A DNA stretch of 64,000 nucleotides from Styela clava (Eukaryota): positions 8,928,001 to 8,992,000 of the forward strand of contig NC_135256.1 of assembly GCF_964204865.1 (NCBI RefSeq). Reading direction: 5' to 3'. This document shows positions 23,878 to 43,152 of the stretch, one piece after another (position 1 is the first letter of the stretch; each line of letters opens with the position of its first letter). A program made the position numbers and the translations under genes. The notes under the pieces are model-generated. The model searched no databases. It saw only the letters and a list, made by a program, of their open reading frames with translations, and had not been told where the DNA came from.

Positions 23878-24879
23878 CTTTTGATAATTGGAATAAATAA
23901 ACTTTGCACCAAATTCAAAGTACACAACATATTTCATTGGTGACGTTATATTTATTGTCCACACCATCGCTGCTATTCATCGAAATATTTTTCTAATGAT
24001 TTGAAGACTTTCTTTAATGTTTTTACTTTCCTTTGGAAAGATATTACAGTCTTTTCACTTTATGTCAACACTTTCAAACAATTTCTAATGAATATTTGTT
24101 TCATTTTGTCATCAATAAAATTGACAGAAGCCAGAGAATTTTTAAGAAAGCAAGATATGGAGCACAGTATAAACTCGACATATAACATATTAACGACGTA
24201 TCGTTATCATTATCCATGTGTTTTATTGAATGTTCTTGGATTTCAATGATTAATTTTTTCCGATAAACTGTTTCATTTTTTTCTAAAGTAAACCAGAGAG
24301 ATATTCTTTTTTAAAACGAAGCAAAAATATTTTATAATATAATTCGTTTTCTAAATAAGATGAAACTACATGATAATATCTGAAATATCACACTTTTAGT
24401 TCAGTGAATTCATCCTCTGGGTATTCTGAGGCAACGAAAGAATCCATCTTGTTAAGGTGTGTTTTTAGTCAATCAGTATGCTTACAAGGTCGTGGAATGC
24501 ATCACATTAAATAGGCTTTAATGGCCATAACATATTGGACGTCTTAACTTGAATAATTGACCGGAAGACTTCGAACATCGTAAGCAATCTCGCAGTATAT
24601 CTACTCTGTATCAGAAAATTGTAATATTAGTACTAATAGTAGTACTTAGTAGTTTTCTTTAGCGATACCTTGATCGAACAAAATTGGCATCAGTGGCGAG
24701 GACTTAACTTTGTGCTAACGTTAAAATTGCCGATCCGATAAAGTCTGACAACAACGATGTAACGTTTACAGATGTGCCGGTGCGCACTTGAAGCTCATAA
24801 TTCATTTATAAAATGCATTTCAGCTAGACGTATAAATATTCTTTGTATAAAGAGTATAATGGTACAAACTCACAGATTT

Positions 24880-25006
24880 CAATTTCGAATCCAGAAATGA
24901 TGCTTTAGATGAGCACAGCTGCCACTTCCTTTCTGATACAGACACACAAAAATCAATTTCGAATCCTGAAATGATGCTTCAGAGGAGCACAACTGCCGCT
25001 TCCTTC
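24880..25006. repeat. Local direct duplication of about 52 bp
   Basis: AATTTCGAATCCWGAAATGATGCTTYAGAKGAGCACARCTGCCRCTTCCTT occurs at about 24881 and about 24955. Confidence 0.8.
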
Positions 25007-26626
25007 CAACAATATTTCTGGCTGATATTTGGCGTGGAAATTTTTTACATTTTTGTGCGGATCAAACTTTAATGTCGCATTTAGGCTTCATTTTGATTCA
25101 TCAAATATTCTTTCGGATTCCGAGTTCAGAATATAATAGTTTTCTCCCAGTGCATTATATACATATGTAAAAGAAGAAGCAAAGTTTCATGAATTTTTGA
25201 GAAATTTTTGTGTATTAGGTTGTAAGAGTTGAGTGTCCTAAAACCCTGTTCCAGTGAAATCACTTTTCACTTGTCTTGTAGAGCAGTCATATCCAACCGA
25301 AATGTCATCTTAGGTCACAGATTTTGTGCCACGGGCCGCAAATCAAATACCTCGTCACACAGTATGAATTACTATTTATATAGAGTTTATGATGAATGGG
25401 TTCAAATTAATAATATCTCTTCTGATAATGCCAGAAAACATTTACGCAACATTTCTATATCACTCGCATTTCTGATAATGCGCAACGTAATTGCGTAGTA
25501 ATATTTTCGTTTGTTAGTCAAGTACGATTCTTCGATTTGTCATTTTTAGCAGTAAACTTATCGTTAACCATGTAACTTTTGTAAAAGTCCAGCTCTCGGA
25601 GACAAGTACTTCAATTCTGTAGCCTACTAGTCTGAAGATCAATCAATTCAGTCATGTATATATTGCAATCTCCTCCATCTGGCATAAACACATATCGTCA
25701 TATTTAAATTTATTTCCACCGGCGCCGCTGCGAGACAGGCCATACGTCTTGCTGCACTAGTACGACACAGTGGGGAAAACAACGAGGGTCACAAGAAACC
25801 TTCCGCGGATTTGACACCCATGACATGGTGAACATTTTGACGAGCGGAGATACAACAGAAATGGACCTCAACATTTTCGTAGTTATCCACGTATATGTAA
25901 TTGGTTTCATGTAAAATGCTCATCCCACGTAAGTGCCAGGAAAGCACTTTGCATTAGTTGCACAGAAATGAGGAAGACATGTCAAGCTTCGAATGCTTTT
26001 TAGGATCGCAAATCAAAGCGGCTGACAGTCAGACAGCTAAATGTTTGATCGCATGAACCTTTTGACAGCAGGAAATGCAGTCGGATCTTTAAAAGCGTGA
26101 GCTAACGACAAACATGCACTCATTTGAGTCTTGTTTTGCGCAATTCATGTGGCCCTGCATATGCAAGAACATGTATATATATAAAATATCGACTTTCTGC
26201 TCGAGAATATACTATGATGTCTCTTTGAGGGTAACTGTCTTGGGTTAAAGTGAAACAAGAAAACTTTTTTAAGAAGAAGATGGCACTTATTCAACAACTG
26301 GATAATATAAGTTAAAGCAGTCTTCAGATCTTTAGTGAAAAATTCAGTTTTGGGTCGAGCTTTCTCAAGTAAAAGCTGTTGAATTTATTGTTAGAAGAGA
26401 CATAGCAAGTAATCCATACAATAGTGAGATCCGATACAAACCATGAATAAAATATACAAATCGGAACTATATAAATTTTACAAAAAGTACCGATTTTTTT
26501 TAACAAACTATGAAACTCCAATATAACTTATGTGAATATTTATTAGTAATTCCTATCGAATATTAGTTATTTTTGGCTAATTTATTGTTTTTATTTTTAT
26601 AAAAGTTCAAAAAACTCATTGTCAAA

Positions 26627-28919
26627 ATGATAAACCAGATTTCAGTTATCACTACGGCGCTGTTTTGGGGTAAGTTGTTTGTAATAAAAATTCGAAATAT
26701 GAAAATTAGAATAATTCTTATTTGTTAAATAAGAATAAAAAATACTAGTTCAATTGTCGACTTATGATCACTGTTGAGACGAAGTTATTACGTTCTCGTG
26801 ATAATTAAAAGATACTAAAATAACAGGATATACTCGATTCTTGTTTAATTACTCGTTTCCATGTTAAATTATTGAAATTAAATTTAGGTCTTGGTGCAGC
26901 ATCAACGTGGGATTACTTAGAGCATGGTGAGTTTGTGCTACGATAGATTCATTTATACCCGAAATTGTGTATCGGAGTGATGCAAAATGTTTGTATAAAC
27001 CCCAGAACAATTTTTATATGTTTTGAGAATGATATTGTAGTTTATTTATTTTATTGGTACTTTATTCTAAATAACTATTCTATAAACAAATCATAACTAT
27101 TTACTGGAGTAATCGAAATTGTGTTAATAATCGACAACTTAAGGCCTTCCTAAGTATATATATAGAGTATAATATACTATAGACTGACCAACTTGAAAAT
27201 GAAAGATTCATCTATCGTGTTGGGCAATTGATACGTTATTTAACCTATTTTGAATATTGTTAAAGAGCCCGTTTCAGTGTTGAGGTACGAGATAATTTTT
27301 AAAAAATAATCTACATTTTTCTTGATTTTGTTCACAGGACCTATCAATTGGGGTCGTGAATTTAAAGATTGTGACGGAAAAAAACAATCACCCATCAATG
27401 TGAGGACGGATTTAGCACAGACAGATCCAAATCTTGGAATGGTTGATCGTTCAATGTTCTCAAAACTACCAACATTTATGGACATCGCGGATAATGGGCA
27501 CACGCGTAAGTCCTGTTATAACTATATTCTAAGCATAAAACATGTTTCTCCATCATTCTTCTTCCTCCATTTCAAATAATTGCACCCCTGCAAAACAGAT
27601 TGTCTGTAATTGGCGGAAGCTGTGTCCATGCAAGTAAATTATGCTCAAACTTTGTTTAGTGGTTGTTGGTGACTTCAAAGGAACTTATGAAATTAATGAT
27701 CCGAGTTTGCTTCCCTTCACGGCTGTTCTTGAACAATATCATTTCCACTGGGCTGAAAACGCATTTGCGACGGGTTCTGAGCACCTTCTCGATGGCAGAC
27801 GATTTTTTGGTGAAATGCATGCCGTACATTTCAATAAGAAATATGGATCGGTCGCTGCAGCGGCTGACAAACCAGATGGACTTGCCGTTTTTGCTTGGTT
27901 TATTGATGTAAGTTCATTATATATAGTTGTGTTCTGAGTTATAGTGAATTCATTCCAAGGAGCATTGTATAAATTTGGATCAGTGTATAATTTGATAAGG
28001 TAATATAATGATTTGGGAACAATTGATGCATGCGATTCTATTTTATTCAAAACATTGACTGAAATTTGCTATCTCAAATTATATCTTGGCGTGCGTGTAC
28101 ACTTTTTAGACCAACAATCTGCACACAAATCCAGCATTTGAGAATTTATTACATCATGCTTTGAATGGTGCCCGAGATGCGGATGATCAAGTACGCATTG
28201 AGCCAACATTCTCCCTTGCGTCTCTGCTTCCTGAAAACCTAGAAGTCTACTATCGTTATGCCGGTTCTTTGACGACGCCCCCTTGCTACGAATCAGTGAC
28301 TTGGACAGTTTTCAAGGAGCCGATTCAGATTCACATAAGACAAGTATTTGTATATTATATTCACATTGACGTAATTTGGCATCTCGTATGGGGTTTATTT
28401 CATTAAAAGAGCAAATATATATAAAAGCGTATAAACTAAATCAAACAACATTTCCTTGCAAATATAACATTCTCGGTAATATCTTTCATAAAATTTTTAC
28501 ACAGTACTAATCAATATAGGGTGTTTAGACAGTGAGCTATGAATAAAATAAAACCTGTTAAAATGTATAGGAAACATAAGTTTGTAAATACAGTCTGTCC
28601 AAATTACGGGTGTCAATACAAAGCAGACACTCTAATCCAACGATTGGATGTATGGAGGCAATACGACGCCAATCAACGTAATATTTTGATGAATATTACA
28701 ATGGTGAAATTATGTTGAACGTTTAAAATTTTACGTAAATTGAGATCAAATTATTGGTAAAATTTACAGTTCTCGCATCTTCTATTGTTACAGGCAGCCA
28801 TTCTAACAACCAAGTTTTATGAAAACAAAGAAGGAACAATTTTGCTCCGCCATAACTATCGTCCAGTCCAGAAACTCAACGGGCGAACAATTACTAAACC
28901 TCCTACATCGCATAAATGA
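26627..28919 (+). CDS. Secreted alpha-carbonic anhydrase (about 285 aa)
   Basis: Exons 26627-26669, 26888-26926, 27338-27505, 27660-27907, 28110-28343, 28794-28919 (858 nt). Signal peptide, WDY, C..QSPIN, NGHT (His64 equivalent), [36 protein letters not shown]. No C-terminal membrane anchor. Confidence 0.94.
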
Positions 28920-29312
28920 AGAGAACATTTACTAATAAGATATAACACACATGTATATTCAATGTTAAATACCAGATCAAAGAGTGAGATATGAAAGCTG
29001 ATTTTTATATCCTCATTAAAAATATATACAGTATACTCAGTATGTCGTGGTGTCTTTCTTTGTCACAAATATTCCGCATTGGTTTCATTTAGGTGATGAT
29101 AACAAAAACACAATAGAGTATTTTACTCTGTTTTAAAGCATATATCGAGAATAGCTTTGAAAGACAACGAGTTGATTAAGAAATATTCTGGGCGTCTGGC
29201 CAACATCAGTGCAACACTTTTCGTATACTTAAAAAACAGGCAGCTTGTCAAGTAATTAAAATACTCACACTGCCGGTGTATGAGGCCTGCCCACTGGATG
29301 ACTGTTTCTAGT

Positions 29313-30828
29313 CTATGCATAAACATGTAAGCTAAAAGTTACAAAAAGCCCCAAAAGTAGAAATATAAGGTTAATTTTGTTCGACTCTACATTGCTTGTC
29401 GTTGATTCAGGTTGAGATGTGGATATGACACTCGGTGTCGCTGTTGGAAGCTCTTCGCCAATGAATGTTATTTTTACAGTAAAACCTAAATCTCTCGGCA
29501 TTCCATCTTTGTAATAAACTGTAAAATTGGCTAGATTGCTCTGAACAAGCCCTTGGACAAGATAACCGTTCCCACACAGCTTTGTTTCAGTCCAGTTTGG
29601 ATGGTCTATCAAGATACTTGTACATGTTCGATATTCATCTGTATAATTGATGTGATAATGATGATAGCAAGTTGTTTCCAGAAAAACTTTTGTTCCAGAT
29701 GGTGCCTGAATTATCCAACGACAGTCCTAGAACAATAATATATCACTTGTGATCCAACCCTATTCAAGCGATTTCATTACTAATTCATCCTACTGTCGAG
29801 CGATATCAATTTTAATACCGGTTTATGGTGATTATGTACACACTGGTTTACAATTTTCATTTACTCCACGAAAATCTTTTTTATTATTTTTTTAAAATAA
29901 TGTCTCATTATAAGATTTTTCCCGTACGTACGTTGATGAGAATACTGTTTAACAAATGTAATGTTTGGAAGGCCACTATAAATAATAATATAAATAAACA
30001 AGTGAGCAATGCTCAAATATATGGACACGCGGACCAGAATGATGTAGTACGGGTACCGGTTTTCTATCTCTCACAGTAGACAACCGGTAGGGTAATATTA
30101 TAATTAACTTAATAGTAGTATTCACGACAACCGCGACAGCGAAACCGCCATGAAGTGCGCAATTTTTATGACGTCACCGTACACAAAAAACGAATCTCAT
30201 GGAGCCCACAGAAATTTTTGAAATAGATAAAAGTAAAGACCTTCTGGCAAAAAATACGATTTCCAACCACTGAAAATTTCAAAGCAAGTGGTCCAGTAGT
30301 TTCCAGCGATTTTTTCATAACCGTGAGAATAAAAATACCAACAAGAACAACAACAACAACGTAACTTGATAACAGAACGATCCATATAAACATTTCGTGT
30401 CCAATAGCCTACCGTTCTCAGTAGACTTCATGACACTTTCACTTACCTCGCTAGGAACTGGTTTCGAGGAAACCGTTGAATTTAATCTTTCATATCTTAA
30501 CACTGTATTGTTTGTATTGACAACTTCTCCACACGGTATAGAATCGCCTTCTGGACAACTTTCCCATTCTGTTTACAAATATATCACAAGGCATATTAAT
30601 AACTACGAAATAGTAGTATTGGCACGCATAAAAAGAACTAGTCGATCAGCATAAACTATACTCTTTCCCACGTATTCAAGCATCAAAATCACATTCACCA
30701 AAGGAAGTATGAAATATAATGGATTTCAACTTACCCTTAGAAGGTACTAGGTAGACATAATCTGGATCAGATCCATGAATTTCAGCAACAAAATACCAAA
30801 TAACGCAGATAAAAAGCCTCTTGTTCAT
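29313..30828 (-). CDS. Protease-less CUB + short stalk + GPI-type tail protein (family member C, about 209 aa)
   Basis: Exons (-): 30828-30735 (signal MNKRLFICVIWYFVAEIHG), 30568-30447 (ESC..IPCGEVV), 29726-29313 (DCRWIIQAPSG..LETTC..TC..KLCG..GFTVKITF, S/T stalk, NLIFLLLGLFVTFSLHVYA). Total 630 nt in frame. Confidence 0.82.
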
Positions 30829-31049
30829 TTTGCTGTGTAGCCAACCTAAATGTTTATTGACCACCTCGAAAAGCTATATGAAGTGACTACATTGAAAAAC
30901 ACATTACGCATAAATACGTCATAAAATAATGGGGCTTTTACAGTGTTGTTTGTAGTATTCAAACAACGAACTAAGCAACTCGTGACCGCCCCACGTTAAA
31001 TCGACTGGAATTTTTGTGATACCATTAAAAACAACGGATCGGCTACTTG

Positions 31050-31061
31050 TACGTGACGTCA
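31050..31061 (+). promoter_or_regulatory. Overlapping HRE-core (TACGTG) and full CRE (TGACGTCA) in the divergent promoter between member C and hexokinase
   Basis: Sequence TACGTGACGTCA at 31050-31061. This is a motif match only. Confidence 0.3.
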
Positions 31062-31624
31062 GGCATGTAACTCGGGAGAAAGCAGAATATGATGATTATG
31101 TCGTTTTAATATCGTCTACGTCTACGACATTTCATAGGACTTAGGTTAGGCTCGTTATGAAATATCTGGAGAGGAGGGTGAATATCAAACACTACAACTA
31201 AGTGCTGAACGTCACATGCATCAAATATTGAAAATACCATGCCGTTGAATTCACATGAAATATCAGCGGAACAAATAAATAAGTCCACTCAAGCCGTGTG
31301 TGTGAGGATTTGTTTATCGCGATTCGCTAACGAAATGAACAGTCGCAGAGCTTGATCGAATAGTCACTGGCGCGTGAAGCAATACGAGAATGTTTTCGAC
31401 ACTCACTCAACCGTCCTTGTTTCCTTTACATCTCTCGTTGCCTTCACTCGCAGCGCTTCGAATACCGATCGACAGGACTGCTGCATTATCGGTCGCTATA
31501 TATACATTATTTTTGACGGTTTAAATGTTTGCAGCATGCAACGTTGGTAGTAGTTCTGAAACGACTGAAATTACAGTTGTAGCAAAACATCGATAGTAGC
31601 TGCTGTAGTAATCCATAAAAAACT

Positions 31625-33040
31625 ATGGCGGATGTAGCAAAACCGCGACCAAGGTTGGAAAGGCGTGCAACGCTTGTTCGAACACCTTCTATTTTATACT
31701 TTCTGGCGGATGCTATGAAAGACTTTTATTTGTCTGATGCAAAGTTAGAATTGGTAACACAGAAAATGGAAAATGAAATGATGAAAGGCTTGAATAAAGC
31801 AACTAACAAGAATAGTACTCTTCGAATGTTGCCGACATTCGTGCAGTCACTAGCTGATGGTAGCGAGAGTGGTGCATTTTTAGCACTAGACCTTGGCGGC
31901 ACAAACTTTCGTGTTCTTCTGGTTAGATTGAGTGCGGGAGAGCGACCTGAAATGGACAGCCAGATATATAAAATGCCATCAAGTATAATGACTGGGACCG
32001 GTGAAAAACTATTCGATCATATCGCATTGTGCATGGCAAAGTTCCTACAACGTCTAGATATGCACGATAGAAATTTGCCAGTCGGCTTCACGTTTTCTTT
32101 TCCATGTGAGCAAGATGGATTAGATAAGGCAAAGCTACTTACTTGGACTAAAGGATTTAGTTGTGAAGGTGTCGTGGGCAACGACGTTGTCACCCTCTTA
32201 CGGGAAGCTATCGATAGACGGGGAGACATAGACGTACAAATTTGCGCAGTCGTGAATGATACAGTTGGCACCATGATGAGTTGTGCGTATGAAGAAAATG
32301 ATTGTTCCATTGGACTTATCATTGGCACTGGGAGCAATTGTTGCTACATGGAAAAAATGACAAATATAGGAACTATTGAAGGCGAGGAAGGTGATATGTG
32401 CATTAACATGGAATGGGGAGCATTTGGAAACGATGGTTCCTTAAATGATATCAGAAATAGCTACGATAAACTTGTTGACGAGGCGTCTATTAACCCTGGA
32501 CAGCAGTTGTATGAGAAAATGATTAGCGGCATGTATATGGGAGAGATAGTCCGTTTGGCTCTTTGTCAACTCACCGAAGACAGAGTTTTATTCGACGGAA
32601 TCGGCTCAGAAGAACTTTACACCAGAGGTAAATTCGAAAGTGTAATCGTATCACAGATTGAACGCAACGCACCTAATGGATTTCATGCTTTACAAAATAT
32701 TTTGTATAATTTGGACCTTGGAGCCATAAGAGAGGATTGTGAGATAGTAGAGTACATTTGCGAGGCAGTTTCCACAAGAGCGGCTTATCTCTGCGCTGCC
32801 GGAATTGCCGCTGTAGCTCGTAAAATTAAATCTAATTATCCAGAGAAAAACGAAATAAACATAACCGTAGGAGTCGACGGAACTGTATACAAAAAGCATC
32901 CAACTTTTGCCAAAAATCTCAAACGTAAAGTGGATACCTTGACTGAAGGACGTGGTATTGGTGTGAAATTTGCACTTTCTTTCGACGGTAGTGGAAAAGG
33001 AGCTGCATTGATTGCCGCTGCTACGAAGAAAGAGGACTGA
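31625..33040 (+). CDS. Hexokinase, single-domain (about 50 kDa) type, intronless CDS, 471 aa
   Basis: LALDLGGTNFRV, GFTFSFPC, WTKGF, VNDTVGT, GTGSNCCY, INMEWGAFG, EKMISGMYMGE, GVDGTVY and DGSGKGAAL motifs. Confidence 0.97.
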   Translation: MADVAKPRPRLERRATLVRTPSILYFLADAMKDFYLSDAKLELVTQKMENEMMKGLNKATNKNSTLRMLPTFVQSLADGSESGAFLALDLGGTNFRVLLVRLSAGERPEMDSQIYKMPSSIMTGTGEKLFDHIALCMAKFLQRLDMHDRNLPVGFTFSFPCEQDGLDKAKLLTWTKGFSCEGVVGNDVVTLLREAIDRRGDIDVQICAVVNDTVGTMMSCAYEENDCSIGLIIGTGSNCCYMEKMTNIGTIEGEEGDMCINMEWGAFGNDGSLNDIRNSYDKLVDEASINPGQQLYEKMISGMYMGEIVRLALCQLTEDRVLFDGIGSEELYTRGKFESVIVSQIERNAPNGFHALQNILYNLDLGAIREDCEIVEYICEAVSTRAAYLCAAGIAAVARKIKSNYPEKNEINITVGVDGTVYKKHPTFAKNLKRKVDTLTEGRGIGVKFALSFDGSGKGAALIAAATKKED

Positions 33041-34512
33041 TTGTTAGCGAAATTCTCGTTTTCTCTTTTATCAGCATGTTTGTACAGAATGTGTCAACAA
33101 AATCTTCTACCTCGGGTTTTGTTTCATTGCTGCTGTTTACATCGCTTAACTATTATCCAAACTTATAGCGTCAATATTTGTGCATGTTGTTTATATGTCT
33201 CTTATTTGTTATGTCAAAGAATAGCATGGGCTGTGTTGTGACATACAAATTGAGATTAAAATGTTGCCAGAAATGAGAGTACATCACATCATCTGTGTTC
33301 TGATGTACCCGCATTTGCAAATTTGTTAATATTTTATATATATCATCTATTAGCTATGTGCATGCTTGTGAAGTTACGCAGAGAATAGCCAACATTTTTT
33401 GTATTGTTGTAAAGCAGAAAAGGTATTTTGAGCATTATCGTAGGTGATTTTGAAACTACAGATTCATTGAGACTGAGAGTATGATTATCTGACTTTGTTT
33501 GTAACCGATAATTTGAAAATTGTATTGGCCAGAAATCACCGCGAATCACTAATAATGCTCTATTTGTATTTTTATACAAATTTCAAACAAAAATATCCTC
33601 TTGTGTAAGTATGTATTATATTGCCCAGCCCTAAATAGAGCATATGTACATAACAATTGATCATGGCATTTGGTAGTCAGATTCAAAAAGTATTGCAAAA
33701 TTTACAATATACCTCAAAAAGAATCCACAGTGATACTGTTGTTGAAATTTTAATTGCTATCATTTTTTCGTTTTACTGTTTTCATCTTTACTGCAGTCAT
33801 TTTCACCATTAAGCTAGTAAAATAAAAGATTTGTGTGACAGCAATTTTGAATTAGAATAACTGAAAACATAATTCTTCAAGCCTATCGGGTTCGCTGCAG
33901 TATTTATTTTACTCCAGTTTTCGTTGAAACGCTAGTGATCGAGTGCAGACAGAATGGCGATATGTAAGCTATATTTCAGACACAATAACCATTTAATTGA
34001 TTTTATATCATTGCAGTATAACTACACCGATATCTTATATATAACTTGTGTATAGCTACTTCAGTATATTTAAATTTACATCAACTATAGTTGAGCAGCA
34101 TTTTTCATTACCTTGATCTGCTACGGCTGTCAACAAATCCTTGCCTCCGGCAATTGCGTCTTATGCATAGGAACTGGCCAGGTATTTTTCTAAATTCATT
34201 CAAACAAGAGCATCGTCATGCATGACAATCTGAGAATATGGAAACTTGCGCTTTTTCTGACAATATGAGTAGACAATGTTACTGTATATCAGAGAACCTT
34301 TTTAAAACTTATTCTGAGAAATAATAAACACTAAAATGCGAAGCTATATATAGGTGCGGTTGTGTCATGACTTCAAGTGTATGTGTGGTGGAAATATATT
34401 TTCCAGTTTTCAAATATTTTAATCATATCTTCACAAACGCATCATTAAAAAGTACACATAAGTTTACACAGTTGCTCATTGTTTCAGCCGGCGTTGCCTG
34501 ATGTCAAAAATA

Positions 34513-40718
<6,206 letters not shown>

Positions 40719-41987
40719 AATTTTTTAACAAATTTGAACGTCAACTAACTATTGAGTATTCTTGGAAATTTATTTCATTTTCGTACCCGACTAGCAGTTG
40801 AAGCGCGAATATATATAGTAGATACGGAGTGACGCAACGTAAAAATAGTTAAACCCAGCCGATCGCACTGGAGTCGGGGTAGTTAAGGGGTCTACGTTCC
40901 AGTTATTAGAGCGAATCATTTATCTTTCTAGCCGACGGGATTTAGTTATTTCATCGAGGTTTCTGATTTGTCTATGAGCAATTGTGATGGCTATTCCAAC
41001 TGATCTAACACGAGACCTTTCAACAACATCATTTCCATGTCAAACATGCCTGAGTATAATGTCTTTCAGGGTGCATAAAAGGTTTACGGTTTTACTCGAC
41101 AAATTTTTAGTTTTCGTCGTAAAATGGTAGTTCATTCTACGAACTTTTTTTTTTATAATATAATGAAACGTGCGTTACCCACATAGTGAATCCAGATGAT
41201 ATAATTTCTTGGTTTTAGATGAGACGACTTCTATAGGGTGATTCAGCCTTTCCACCAGCCGATATAATAAGTCGAATCATATATGACCTCATTATAAATA
41301 TGACCCATTCCTTCTGTCCAGATACCCATTCGCGTATATATATATATATATAACTAGAAATATATTTTGAGATTACAGGTAACTTTATTTTGCTGGGGAC
41401 GAGGATAACCAAATACATAACAACTCAATTACCCATTACGAACAAACGTTGTCCTTTATTAATTCATTGAAATTCACTTTGAGTGTTGTATCAGTATCCG
41501 CGAGAACAAGTAGAATGGGGCTACACATACATAACATCATAATTACTCTTTACGAATGTACGTTTATGCTCAATAAAATACAGATGGATCACTTTCACTG
41601 ATTTTTGCCCTGACTGCTGTATCGGTACTCGCGAGAATGGGTAAAGTGGGGCAACTTTCTATTGAGATCCCTAGAATTTTATTGGATGATGACGATATTA
41701 AAAAACTCGGAGGGTAATTTTAAAAAAATGTATATTTCAAGTAATTGAAATGTAATATTAATTTAACATTAGCATTGGGTTTATGAAACATTAAGATGCG
41801 TCACGAAACACGCGCTCAAACTAGGTTACTTTCCGTTTTACTGATTTTCTTTCTGGGTAATTTCATATCAATCATGTTGCCTTGTGTTGTTTATATTTGA
41901 AAAAACAAATACAAATGATTAGAGAAAATGAATTTTTAAATATATATATATATATAAATTGCTCAAATTTTTCATCAGACAAACTTT

Positions 41988-43152
41988 TTAGTTACTGTCG
42001 GAGCTACTGCTACTACTGCTATGTCGACCATTGGATAGTTTTTCTTTGGATATTTTGGACTGATCAATTATTGTTTTCTTTGGATTACCGTCCTTCATTT
42101 TATTCTTATCGGATCCACTATGTTCAGTTTTTGTTGCGTTTTCGTTGTCAACCTTTGATTTTTGTTCTTGCTTCATTTGCTGTAGCCTGAAAGAGACGGA
42201 ACTTGATTCCTTTTCGTTGTTAGAAACTTGTTGTTGGTTTGTATTTTCCAAGACCATCTTTTTCGTTTTCGAATCAGAAATACCGTTTGTTGTGATTGAA
42301 ATTGTTGTTACGCTGGCAACCTTTTTATTTTTGGATTGTTTGTCAGGACTTGAAGAAAGGGAACGAAGCTTACAAGATGTCTTTTTATCCTTCTTTTTAG
42401 ATGAAAACATCGGCTGATACTACAAGTTAAAAACATAGTTAGTTAAACGTTAGTTAAAAGTAATTTTAGAACAGGGTTAGGTTTAATTCAAGTTTGATAT
42501 GTATAATCAGAATAATCATTTTTCTTTGATTTGTCTAAAAGCTCATTATTTTAATCTTCAAGCAGTGAACAACATAATTTGTATTGTATGTATATATATA
42601 TATATATAAGAATTAAAAACTCCTGGTAAACTGTATTGCGCTAACTTGGCTATCATCTTACCCCTGGATCAGTCCATAGCATTCTCTTATCTTTAAATTC
42701 TCCGGGAATCCTATGTCGCTCCCAAAATTTTTTGTATTCACGGTACCTGTTCAAAGAATCCATATGGTCGTGCTTGAAACCTGTTGAAAATAACAAACTG
42801 TTTCAAGTGTGAATCACTTTATATCAAGTCTTTGTACTCCCATCTATCACATTTTTTTTTTATTTTTCGACACATAGTGAGGTTGAAATAACAAGCCGGT
42901 TACCAATGTCCGACGGTCGCCAGATGACGAACGTTCCATACACACATATTGTCCTTGCGTGAGATGAGTTATTAAAAGCCATTTATCTTCTGATATATAA
43001 AAGACGCTTAGTACAATATCTTACATTTCTAATGATATCTCCGATTTAGCGTCTAGCTTGTATATATGATATACCACAACGCATAAATTATAACTCTATT
43101 GCTCCAAATTAATATTGGCAATACGTAAAAACAAAACAAGATTACCCTCCAT
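41988..43152 (-). CDS. Small protein (about 185 aa) with N-terminal HYLS1-like motif and Lys/Ser-rich low-complexity tail
   Basis: Exons (-): 43152-43146 (AAAATG GAG G|GT), 42780-42662 (FKHDHMDSLNRYREYKKFWERHRIPGEFKDKRMLWTDPG), 42419-41988 (YQPMFSSKKK..SSSSSSDSN stop). Total 558 nt in frame. The motif assignment is from recalled similarity to the HYLS1 pattern DxxxRYxEYKxxWxxxxxPGExxxxxLxW. Confidence 0.6.

Noticed and set aside
33620-33632. TTGCCCAGCCCT matching the right TIR of the 3087-5567 transposon
   Set aside because: An isolated 12-mer with no partner TIR, TSD or subterminal repeats.
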